Below, piece by piece: positions 13,401 through 23,027 of a stretch of DNA of 64,000 nucleotides. The notes under the pieces are model-generated. The model saw only the letters and a program-made list of their open reading frames with translations, was not told the DNA's origin and searched no databases. The first letter of the stretch is position 1. Every line of letters starts with the position of its first letter. The position numbers and the translations under genes are program-made. Source of the DNA: Fistulifera solaris (Eukaryota); assembly GCA_030295235.1 (NCBI GenBank), contig AP026149.1, forward strand, positions 372,001 through 436,000, read 5' to 3'.

Positions 13401-13616
13401 GTGTGCTGTCTTGTTCTTCCACGCTGGATAAGTTCTGTTTTGCTGGTTTTATTTCGGAAGGAATCAAGGAACGACACCAGCTGAACTTTCACCCGTGTGC
13501 CTCACAGGAACTTTCTGCTACAGCAAGGCCTTATGCTTTCATTAGTAGATCTGATTCAATACGAAAATTGACGACAAATAGAACAGTTGTTTACTTGACG
13601 TAGCTTTCTTTTTGAA

Positions 13617-14843
13617 TTAAGATAGTAGCTGAGGGAACTTTTCTTTAATCTTCTTTGTTGCTGCTTGAAGAACATTCAGTCGACCACTCAAGTATCTAGT
13701 CAATAACTCGTCATCCGCTACGAGCTCCAACCCATTCATTACCTTATCTTTGGCAATCTCAAGCTCTCCCACAATTAAAGCAAATACTTCTTCCTCGTTG
13801 CGCGGTGACACGAAGAGCAAAGGATTCTTCTCTTTGTCCGGTAGACTTTGCAACACATCCGATTCTATAGCGTTGGCGAGACTTTGTCGCAATTTTCCTA
13901 AACTCTCTTCGTCTATCGAACCATCGGATTCTATTGTTGCTGTAATCTTCGGCTGACGAATCATTCTTATTTGAAGTTCCTCGGTATTGTGCGGGTTCTC
14001 TTCATCTACAAAGCCATAATTCAAAAGAGTTTGACGATTTGTCAAGTCACCGTAAGAAATAAAGATTTCATTACTGGGTGGATTGACCAGACGTTCAAAC
14101 CAGGATTTATCACTCCGTGGAAGCTTGTTTGCATCAATTTCCAAGTTCAAAAGATCCAGACCATCCTCTCCTGTAGCATCGACAAACATTCTGGTGGCCA
14201 CGGACGAACGATGATTGATCATGTCCAAGACAGGCGTCAAGCTGTACCGCTTGTCGGGCAAGAAGTTACATCGAGAATCAACGCAGGCTAAGGCCCACGG
14301 ATCAACAAATGGGGAATTCACACGGGGATCGTCGGCTTGTAGCAGTTTCGACAAAGCACCACCGTCGGCCGCTTCTACAAGAGCCAGACGATCCGGGTTC
14401 CAGAACCGTGGTAACGTTTTCTGAAAAGAGTCAAAGGACGGCAGTAAGTCAATATAAGGGGCAAACTCGGAATCGCTGCCCAAATTCTTTTCGAATTCGA
14501 GTCGGTCGGCCAATTGTTCCGAACTGTCAGCGATCAAGCAAGAGCTTAGGGGCACCTGCAACAAATTCAATTGCCCGGTTTGCTTGACAGCAGAGTCTAA
14601 CACGGTATAACGATATCCACCATTACCCTCTCTTATCTCAAGCGACGTTTTTATTCCTTGGGCGGAGCACCAGGAACGGAAAATGTCAAGTTTCATGCTC
14701 TCCGTTTTGAATTGAGCGATAGATGACGATCGCTTTCTAAGACCGCTTTGCAAGAATAATGGCAAGGATCTTATAAAGCTCCGACGTGATGAAGCACTGG
14801 TAATGCCGATCTTGACCAATTTTTGCGTGTTACTCTTGATCAT
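13617..14843 (-). CDS. SET-domain protein lysine methyltransferase, Rubisco LSMT/SETD3-like, with an N-terminal transit-like extension
   Basis: SEFAPYIDLLP, LTPVLDMINH, EIFISYGDLTNRQTLLNYGFVDEENP; Ser/Arg-rich N-terminus. Confidence 0.8.
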   Translation of the reverse strand: MIKSNTQKLVKIGITSASSRRSFIRSLPLFLQSGLRKRSSSIAQFKTESMKLDIFRSWCSAQGIKTSLEIREGNGGYRYTVLDSAVKQTGQLNLLQVPLSSCLIADSSEQLADRLEFEKNLGSDSEFAPYIDLLPSFDSFQKTLPRFWNPDRLALVEAADGGALSKLLQADDPRVNSPFVDPWALACVDSRCNFLPDKRYSLTPVLDMINHRSSVATRMFVDATGEDGLDLLNLEIDANKLPRSDKSWFERLVNPPSNEIFISYGDLTNRQTLLNYGFVDEENPHNTEELQIRMIRQPKITATIESDGSIDEESLGKLRQSLANAIESDVLQSLPDKEKNPLLFVSPRNEEEVFALIVGELEIAKDKVMNGLELVADDELLTRYLSGRLNVLQAATKKIKEKFPQLLS

Positions 14844-15057
14844 CGATCATCGATCATCGATTGTATTTCTCTCGAAGTCATCGACCTTCGCAAGGCGCGC
14901 AGATCCAGAAGGATCCAACCGACGTCACAATCATGATCAAACAATCATTTTTGTCCCGTCATCCGCGAGATCGATCTGCTTTCTGAGTGTCGTAGGCATT
15001 CTACGTACATCCACGCGCCAGAATTGCTACGTGAAAAATGTACCACCATTTACGTAA

Positions 15058-15511
<454 letters not shown>

Positions 15512-15575
15512 GCGTCTCTTTGGATGCTTGACTTGGCTTTGATGCCGTTGCATTTGCAGTTTGTCGACTGCACAA

Positions 15576-15599
15576 ACCGGAGATTATAATCTCCACCCA
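15576..15599 (+). promoter_or_regulatory. Histone 3' stem-loop-like element downstream of H4 copy 2
   Basis: ACC GGAGAT TATA ATCTCC ACCCA, 67 nt after the stop codon. Confidence 0.75.
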
Positions 15600-16194
15600 T
15601 TCAAACAAAGCACTTGTCGGTTGGATGAGAGAAGAAGATTGCAGAAGGATTTCTATTTGTAGAACAATTGATAGTAGAATACGATTTCGTCTTCTCATTT
15701 GCAATTTATTTTCTGTTATTCATTCAGCCAAACCGTCGTGAATCATTCTTCTCAACTGCGATGGCCCTACCAGTTATCGTTATTTCTTTGCTATTCATTC
15801 GATGAAACGAACCGGCTTGACTATCAATAAGGTGAAGGTTGATTGAACGTCACGTTATCCCAACGCTTTCCTTGAACCGGCATAAGATCTTGAGTCACGT
15901 TTCCCGGAATAAAAAACATGTTCGTGCCATTAGGAACGATTCCGATGATATCAAGAGTACCAAGGTTTGAATTTTCAACGAAGTGCTTACTAAATAGGGA
16001 ACGCATGCCGAGTATGAAAGATAGTACAGCCCGTCCGTTCCATGTTCCGTGTTCCGTGTCCTTGATCATTTTACATCATGTGCTAAACGCAAGCCAAAAG
16101 CAAGCATCAAAAGGTTCTCATTGGATCAATCGACACACGAAATAACCGGAAAAGATTCGAAAAGTGAAATAATTGAACACCTTCGCAACACACC

Positions 16195-17790
16195 ATGGTA
16201 CGAATATCCTTTCCTCGACCGAAATCGGCAGCTGCTCGAGCGAACGCGCTGGGTGAATACGTCTTCCGACACAAGATTGTTCTGTGGGCGGTCGTGGCCG
16301 GCCTCATTACCCTGAGTCAATTATCGTCCTATTCACGGAACTTGACTTCCATGACACGCGGAAGTAACCGGCAGGCTATGGAGCTCGCGCAGCAGCAGTG
16401 CCGTTTCTTTCTCGCCGAAAGTGCCATTCCGCGCAGTGATCTCGGAATATTCACGGCCATCGATATTGCCAAAGGAGAGCAAACGCAATCCATGCCCGAC
16501 ATTTGTATCTACGTGGCCGATACACCGTCGGGAACCGATTTTCATACTCATTCCTGGGCGGGAAGTGTCTTCATGGGACGATATGAAGGTCAGAATTCGA
16601 GAGGTGCCTGTGAAGGAGTGGCCACGTTAGTCAATACCATGCCGGACTCGGTGAATGCCGCGGAACTCGTACCGTTCCAAGTCCACACCAACGCTGGTCT
16701 CAAACGCGATCAGAATCCGGGTGCGGGTGCAATCACCCATTACTATGGCGTTACATCAAAGGCACGAAGAAATGTGGCCGCCGGTTCGGAAATCACCATT
16801 GATTATGGAGACTGGCACTACGAGTCGGATCGGCAATACGTCGCTCCCGTTCATACTCCCGAGTGGGTTCGCAAACACGGTATGTGCATCGATCATATCG
16901 AAATCCGCCAAGCTCTGGACCCTGAAATGGGACGAGGTGCCTTTGCTCGACGATTTTTGCCCCGCGGCAGTGTTGTCGCGCCAGCTCCGTTACAAACGTT
17001 TAAGAACCGTAACGACTTCGCGCAACAAGAACCCGAGGCTTTGTTTGTGAACTACTGCTTCCAACCCTCCGGCACGAACATCCTATTGTTCCCGTATGGG
17101 CCAGGGGTTAATCTCATTAATCATAGTTCGGAAAAGGCCAATGTGAAGCTTCAATGGTCGACCAATGCGCAGAATCACCGACACTGGCTTGACTTGCCAT
17201 TGAACAAGTTTTGGGAGATGGTTTACCCGGGAGCCTTGATTTTGGATGTGGTAGCTCTTCGAGACATTCAGCCGGGCGAAGAATTGTATCTCGATTATGG
17301 CCCGGAATGGGAAGCAGCGTGGCAAGCTCATGTTGGTGGATGGGAGGCAAACACTGAGCCTTACGTGTATCCGGCCGACATGGATCTCACAGAACCATTT
17401 CGAACACTTGAAGAGCAGAAAAAGGACCCTTATCCTAGTAACCTAGCAACCGTTTGTTTTGAAGGTCAGTGGGATATTGAAGAAAATAAACCAGTCGATT
17501 GGACCGAGCCAACATTCTGGACCGACGGTATGCTTTATTGTCATATCCTTAAACGCGAAAAAGGCAGCAACACAGGATCCTATCTTTATGAAGTATCGCT
17601 GGGCTATCGAAAGGAACCCCATCCATTAGATGACAGGCGCTACATTAGCAGAAAAGTGCCTCATAAGGCCATCATGTTTGTCGATAAACCCTATAAGAGT
17701 GACATGCATTTGAAGGATTCTTTCCGACACCCCATTGGTATTCCCGATGAGTTGATACCTGAACACTGGAGAGTAACTGCTGTTCAATAA
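16195..17790 (+). CDS. Diatom-type SET-domain-containing protein with an N-terminal membrane anchor (two SET-like modules)
   Basis: TM segment IVLWAVVAGLITL; GIFTAIDI, ARRNVAAGSEITIDYG, GRGAFARRFL, NLINHS, VALRDIQPGEELYLDYG. Confidence 0.7.
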   Translation: MVRISFPRPKSAAARANALGEYVFRHKIVLWAVVAGLITLSQLSSYSRNLTSMTRGSNRQAMELAQQQCRFFLAESAIPRSDLGIFTAIDIAKGEQTQSMPDICIYVADTPSGTDFHTHSWAGSVFMGRYEGQNSRGACEGVATLVNTMPDSVNAAELVPFQVHTNAGLKRDQNPGAGAITHYYGVTSKARRNVAAGSEITIDYGDWHYESDRQYVAPVHTPEWVRKHGMCIDHIEIRQALDPEMGRGAFARRFLPRGSVVAPAPLQTFKNRNDFAQQEPEALFVNYCFQPSGTNILLFPYGPGVNLINHSSEKANVKLQWSTNAQNHRHWLDLPLNKFWEMVYPGALILDVVALRDIQPGEELYLDYGPEWEAAWQAHVGGWEANTEPYVYPADMDLTEPFRTLEEQKKDPYPSNLATVCFEGQWDIEENKPVDWTEPTFWTDGMLYCHILKREKGSNTGSYLYEVSLGYRKEPHPLDDRRYISRKVPHKAIMFVDKPYKSDMHLKDSFRHPIGIPDELIPEHWRVTAVQ

Positions 17791-17870
17791 GTGACTTTGA
17801 TACGTCCAAACGCGGCTCGCATAAACAGGCGAACGTTGTAATAGCAAAACAGATTTCATATTCATATAAG

Positions 17871-19670
17871 TTACTTTTCTTTCTTGGCGTTTTCTGCTTC
17901 CATTACTTCTGCTTTCTGGATTTCTGTTTGTGCGAGGAAAAGGCCACTGAGACGATTGGCTGCGCTCAGCCAACTCAATAGAACGCCATAGAAGATTACT
18001 CCGACTACTGGAGCCGCGTTTATGATGTTTCCGAAGATGAGAACTAGACCCTGTTGAATAAATGAACCGCCACTCTTTCCGAGACGTGAGCCCAAAACAT
18101 CAATGGCTGCTTTGCCTTTTACCTTGGACTCATCGTCAAGGGGTATGTAGGCCATCTAAAATGGAAAACAAATGGTTGAGCGGCTTGGCAAACGAACAAA
18201 ACGGATTGCAACGAAATGAATTATGACGTACCTGCGTTGTAGGATCGAACAAAGCATACTTGGCCGTTTTGCTTAACAAACTTTGAATAGTGCCAAAAAT
18301 GACCGCTATCTTGAGTCGTGAAGGACTGTCAAGTCCAAGGAAGATGCATCCAAAGAACGGAGCTGCTAAAACCGCCATCGTGGCAGGGGTTGCCATAGCA
18401 CCGACTTTCCAGCCCAAAAGTCGAATGACATGAACTCCAAAGAAAATGATAATGGACGTGCTCAAGCCGACTGCTGAAGAGAAGTTTCCCATGAATCGCT
18501 GGTAATCCAGAGGATTCGGGTATTGTTTCTTGACCAACGACTTCCACATGATTTCGGTAAAGTTAATGCTGAGTCCGTAACCCAATACCAACATTGCGAT
18601 AAGACGCAAATACTGACTGTTGGCCAAAAACTTGGCGGATTCGACCATGGACATCTTGGGCTTTTTTCTTTTTTGCTGTTTTGGTTTGTTCTGCTGCAGT
18701 AGGTGTTGTACTTTCGGTGCGCTCCACATATCCGGTGCTCAATCGATAAAACAAACAGATCATGATCCCCGAAAAGGAGACCGCGCTCGTGAGACGGTTC
18801 AAACTGGCGGCGAAATCCGGCGCTTTGCTCGCATATCTCACCACATATTGACCCGCCACGACCGGTGCTAGGCCACTCATTTGGGCAAACAAGGGGTAGA
18901 AGCGTTTCGCTTGGTCGACCGACACGACGTCGTTGGCAAATTGCCAAAATAGTAGACCCACAGATACGGAGCTATAGATTTCGGACATGATGTAGAAGAG
19001 AGCCGACGTCCAGTGAGTAAAGATTTTGGCCAAAACAGCCATGCCACTGGAAGTTGCGGCACCGGGTAAAAAAGCGTTGTACGGTTTCGAGAGTGGGATG
19101 AAGAAGAGTTTCGGCATTCGGGTAAATGAATGCATTGAAAAGAGCAAAGAACACAAAGAATGGAATACACGTAATGTAGAATAGCGTTTTCTTTCCGACA
19201 CTGTTCGAAAGCTTTGAATAGAGAGCGATAAAGGCCGTAGCTGCTGGCAAGACACCATAAATTTTGAGAAAGGCAATCGCCTCGGCTCCGCACTGTGTGA
19301 CAATCAATGTATCCTTCGTGTCTCGTGTCAACGTGAGCGCTAATATCACGAAAAACTTGATGGCTCCAATTAGTACGAATTTGGTGATCTCGTGACTGCC
19401 GTAGATGGGAAAGACGGCTTGACGCGCTCGTGCAAGGAAAGTGGTGACGGCCATGGTACCTCCTCCTCTGCTCCAAGATGTTCCGTTAGGTATTTGTTGC
19501 GGTTGTGAGCCGTCGGTATTACCCGTTTTCTCGTCGTTGGTATGTGAATGCAGAGTGAATTGACGTTTTACCGTGACAGCCCGAGATTCCGATCGAAAAT
19601 GAAGACTCGACGATAAGCAACTGGAATTGAGAACTAGAACGAATAAAATGAAACAATGTAACGGCTTCAT
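17871..19670 (-). CDS. NTT: NTT/TLC-family nucleotide transporter with signal peptide (probably plastid-targeted)
   Basis: LTRDTKDTLIVT..GAEAIAFLK, LFWQFAN, AKRFYPLF, KYALFDPTTQMAYIPLD.ESKVKGKAAIDVLGSRLGKSGGS. Intron 18231-18156; 1-nt homopolymer indels near 19070 and 18665; hydrophobic N-terminal signal peptide. Confidence 0.9.
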
Positions 19671-20086
19671 TCAGATAATATCGCTTAGAATAGTGTGCAC
19701 AAACGCCTCGAGCACAAGGTATGCATAAATGAATGAATGAATGAAAATATTGATGATAATCGATCGGAACAAAAAAAGGATATAAAGCGACGTTTTGATG
19801 TTTGTGTTTGTGTTGAGTTGATGTCGCGATGATGTCGGATCCGACGGCCATCCAAAACACACGGACGAAAAACGGAAAAGTATGGGAAAGAGTACGTACG
19901 TCGTCCAGACGATTGTACGTCATCGTTCAGTCCTGTTCTCAGTACCGGTATGTTATACGTAAAAACAGTTAGTTTGTCCGTCCGCTTCTCGAAAGCCCGC
20001 GCTCAAGATGGTTTCCGTCTGCGAAACGTTGTTTCGTCGAACCATCACAATCAACAAAGGAAAACGATGTCCGTTATAATAAATCC

Positions 20087-21220
20087 ATGAATCGTCATCT
20101 CCATTCTTCTTGTTATCTACTCATGGTGTCTGTCGCTACCTCGTTCAATCCTTACGCATGGTATCCTCGGCAATACGTCGTACAACGCGTCACGCAGCCC
20201 TTGGTGATTGATGGCGACGTCGAGAAGGAAGCATGGCGCAATGTGCCGTGGAGTGATGCGTTTGGTGATATTCAAGGAAAAGATGGGCTCTCTCCCGCCG
20301 ATATTCCTTTGACTGCGTTCAAAGCTCTTTACGATGACAAACATTTGTACATTTGTGCCGTATTGCATCCCAAAGATGGTTTACCGACCGAAGCCCATTC
20401 TACGGAGCGAAATCAGCCAATCTATCAACAAGATTCGGATTTTGAAGTCTTTATACAAGTGGGATATCCCAATGAAGATGGAAGTGGCACTACTTGGAAT
20501 CACGATTACAAAGAGCTCGAAATCAATGCCATTAATACTCCATGGAACCTTCTCATGGACAAACCGTACTGGGATGGTGGTCAAGAGCATTCGGGAAGAG
20601 TCGCCAGCGATCCTTCGGATCCCTTGTATTATGAAGTTTATAATCAAGAGACAGCAACTCGTTTACTTTCGGGACAATTGAATCATCCGATCCACGGGGC
20701 CCTTTGGACCGTGGAGATGAAACTCGCTTTTTCGGATCTGTGGGTACAGAAAAGTGACACGACAACAAATCGTAAACCGACTTTATCGGTGCCTTGGCGC
20801 ATCAATTTCAGTCGAGTCGAAAAACAAGGTTCGATTAATTGGACTTGGCAACCTCAATATCGTTGGGACCCTCGACAAGAACAATTTATAGGTTTTGTCG
20901 ACATGCATCTTCCCGATGCTTGGGGATATTTGTCCTTCGATCGGCCAACCATCGACCGCACGTGGCCAGCACAACTGGTAGCCATGTGCATCTACTACGC
21001 GCAACGTCATCATCAAGAGACTTATGGAAAATTTACAAAGGACGTCAATGCATTAATACTTCCTCCGCATAGCATGGATGATTTTCTAGTTGACATACAA
21101 TTGGAAGGTTCAGATAACTACGTGGCATCTATCATTGATGCTAACATTCATGTACAAATACGACAAGATCGAAGGTTAACAGTTGTGACCAAGCGAACGT
21201 CAGTTATGGATCAACAATGA
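20087..21220 (+). CDS. Secreted carbohydrate-binding family 9-like (CBM9-like) protein
   Basis: Signal peptide; IDGD..KEAW..VPWS..F.DI.G, FKALYDDKHLY, D.DFEVFI, YKELEINAINT.W.LL..KPY, WRINFSRV, MHLPDAWG. Confidence 0.7.
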   Translation: MNRHLHSSCYLLMVSVATSFNPYAWYPRQYVVQRVTQPLVIDGDVEKEAWRNVPWSDAFGDIQGKDGLSPADIPLTAFKALYDDKHLYICAVLHPKDGLPTEAHSTERNQPIYQQDSDFEVFIQVGYPNEDGSGTTWNHDYKELEINAINTPWNLLMDKPYWDGGQEHSGRVASDPSDPLYYEVYNQETATRLLSGQLNHPIHGALWTVEMKLAFSDLWVQKSDTTTNRKPTLSVPWRINFSRVEKQGSINWTWQPQYRWDPRQEQFIGFVDMHLPDAWGYLSFDRPTIDRTWPAQLVAMCIYYAQRHHQETYGKFTKDVNALILPPHSMDDFLVDIQLEGSDNYVASIIDANIHVQIRQDRRLTVVTKRTSVMDQQ

Positions 21221-21966
21221 CGTGATACATTGAAGCTACCGTTTCTTGAATCGTCAGGAAGGATTTCACTTGCGTCACGCTTGTTTCTTTTCACGCAGCT
21301 TGCTTGTCACGGAATAACTCTAGTGCGATGCGCTAGCGCTAAGAACGCGCGCGTTACCGTCATAGCTTTTTTGGTAGTGAATTTTCCCTACTAGAATCAA
21401 TCGACATGTGTTGAATTACTTAGTTAAGGATGTCTACGATGACCATTGTGCTATCTTGTAGAAGTTTCTGAACGGGGAAGAGCTTATACAAAAGGATGCC
21501 AAAGTTACCCAAGCACGCATGCTAGAGATTTCGACCTTCAAACGAGAACATCGAACATGGACCTTATTGTCCGCGGAATTGGATTTGGGACACGAATGAC
21601 AAACGTATTTAGGAGGACTTAACGGTATCATAACGGGATTAATTTCATTTAGGAGTTTTTTGGCATTTATTTTGTCAGAAAACAAATCCAAATCATCAAA
21701 AAAGATTGCATGCAATCGTTGGCAAGGGAACCACAAATGCGCGTGGTGATACTTGTGACTAGGAAAAAGGAACTTGTGTTGATTTAAATTCATTTGTCGC
21801 CGAAATCGAGACACTTGAAGGAAAGTACAAAAGGTAGGAGCATGATGGAATGACCATTGACCGCTTGTTTCAAGGAACTGCAGAACAATGTGATCGGTGC
21901 CTGTAAAAAAATACGCATACAATACTCAACCCGGGCTTTTTTAACTCTCGTTTTCAGTAGAACGAA

Positions 21967-22914
21967 ATGAAGATTATCTCAGTTCTTTCCTCATTTTTGA
22001 TTTTATCACGAGCGCTTGCTCAAAATCAAGCCGATCCGGCATTGTTTCTGAATCCTTGCGAAGTTAGATGTGAAGGCAACGTCTTTCGTAGAACTTTCTA
22101 CGTCAACAACTATGAAAATGGAATATGCAGTGAGAACTGTGTTCGGTTTCCTCGCGCATACACCGTCCGCGGTTACAGTTGTGGCCGTTGCCCCAAAGCG
22201 TTTGACGACTACAACGAACTAAAGCAGGCGGTAGATGAGTATCTCGCTGACAACTCGGCTTCCTCTGCTGTTGCAATTCTTTATGGACATCCCATTGGAA
22301 AGTGGCAGGTTCAAAAGGTCGAATCGTTTGAGTATCTCTTCGATGGAAAACGTAATACGGCTGCTGCTACTTTCAATGAGGATATCAGTGCTTGGAACGT
22401 GCGCTCGGCGAGCAACATGCAGTACATGTTTGCATCAAACACGGCCTTTAACAAAGACATCGGAGGATGGAACGTAGCCCGTGTGACAACGATGGAAGGA
22501 ATGTTCGAGGACGCGTCTTCGTTTAATCGAAATATTGGTTCCTGGGACGTCACGAATGTTCGTGACATGGCTTACATGTTTTACGGGACAAAACAGTTCA
22601 ATCAAAATCTCAATTCATGGGACGTTGGTAGTGTGACGGATATGAGTTTCATGTTCTCGTTGGCGGAGTCTTTTAACTCTCCCCTCGATAACTGGAATGT
22701 GGCCAATGTCAAGGATTTCGAACAAATGTTCGCGGACGCAACTGCTTTCTCACAAGATTTGTGTCAATGGGGAGACGAAATGACCTCCATCACGAGCGAT
22801 AGAGTAATTAACATGTTCATCTCAACACAGTGCCTATTGGAAGATGATCCGGCATTATCGGAAACACCGGTTAGCCCTCTGTGCTTCAACTGTAGAAAAC
22901 CGGGTGGCGTTTAA
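21967..22914 (+). CDS. Secreted DUF285 (BspA-like surface repeat) protein
   Basis: Signal peptide, Cys-rich N-terminal part, about six 25-aa repeats FN.DI..W.V..VT.M..MF. Confidence 0.85.
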   Translation: MKIISVLSSFLILSRALAQNQADPALFLNPCEVRCEGNVFRRTFYVNNYENGICSENCVRFPRAYTVRGYSCGRCPKAFDDYNELKQAVDEYLADNSASSAVAILYGHPIGKWQVQKVESFEYLFDGKRNTAAATFNEDISAWNVRSASNMQYMFASNTAFNKDIGGWNVARVTTMEGMFEDASSFNRNIGSWDVTNVRDMAYMFYGTKQFNQNLNSWDVGSVTDMSFMFSLAESFNSPLDNWNVANVKDFEQMFADATAFSQDLCQWGDEMTSITSDRVINMFISTQCLLEDDPALSETPVSPLCFNCRKPGGV

Positions 22915-23027
22915 GACTAAATTGGATACAAGAACCTAAGTAACCACTCGCTGGTGTCTCAATACAATGATTTCAAAATAAGTAACTTAGTTTGATTGAA
23001 ATCCTATGATACGATGCTTTGAATTAA

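Noticed and set aside
14838..14862. (CATCGAT)x3 microrepeat at the SET gene start
   Set aside because: It is a short simple repeat with no further support for function.
22350..22770. CRISPR-like or other DNA repeat array
   Set aside because: The periodicity is the 25-aa DUF285 protein repeat within a eukaryotic ORF; there are no identical DNA repeats with spacers.
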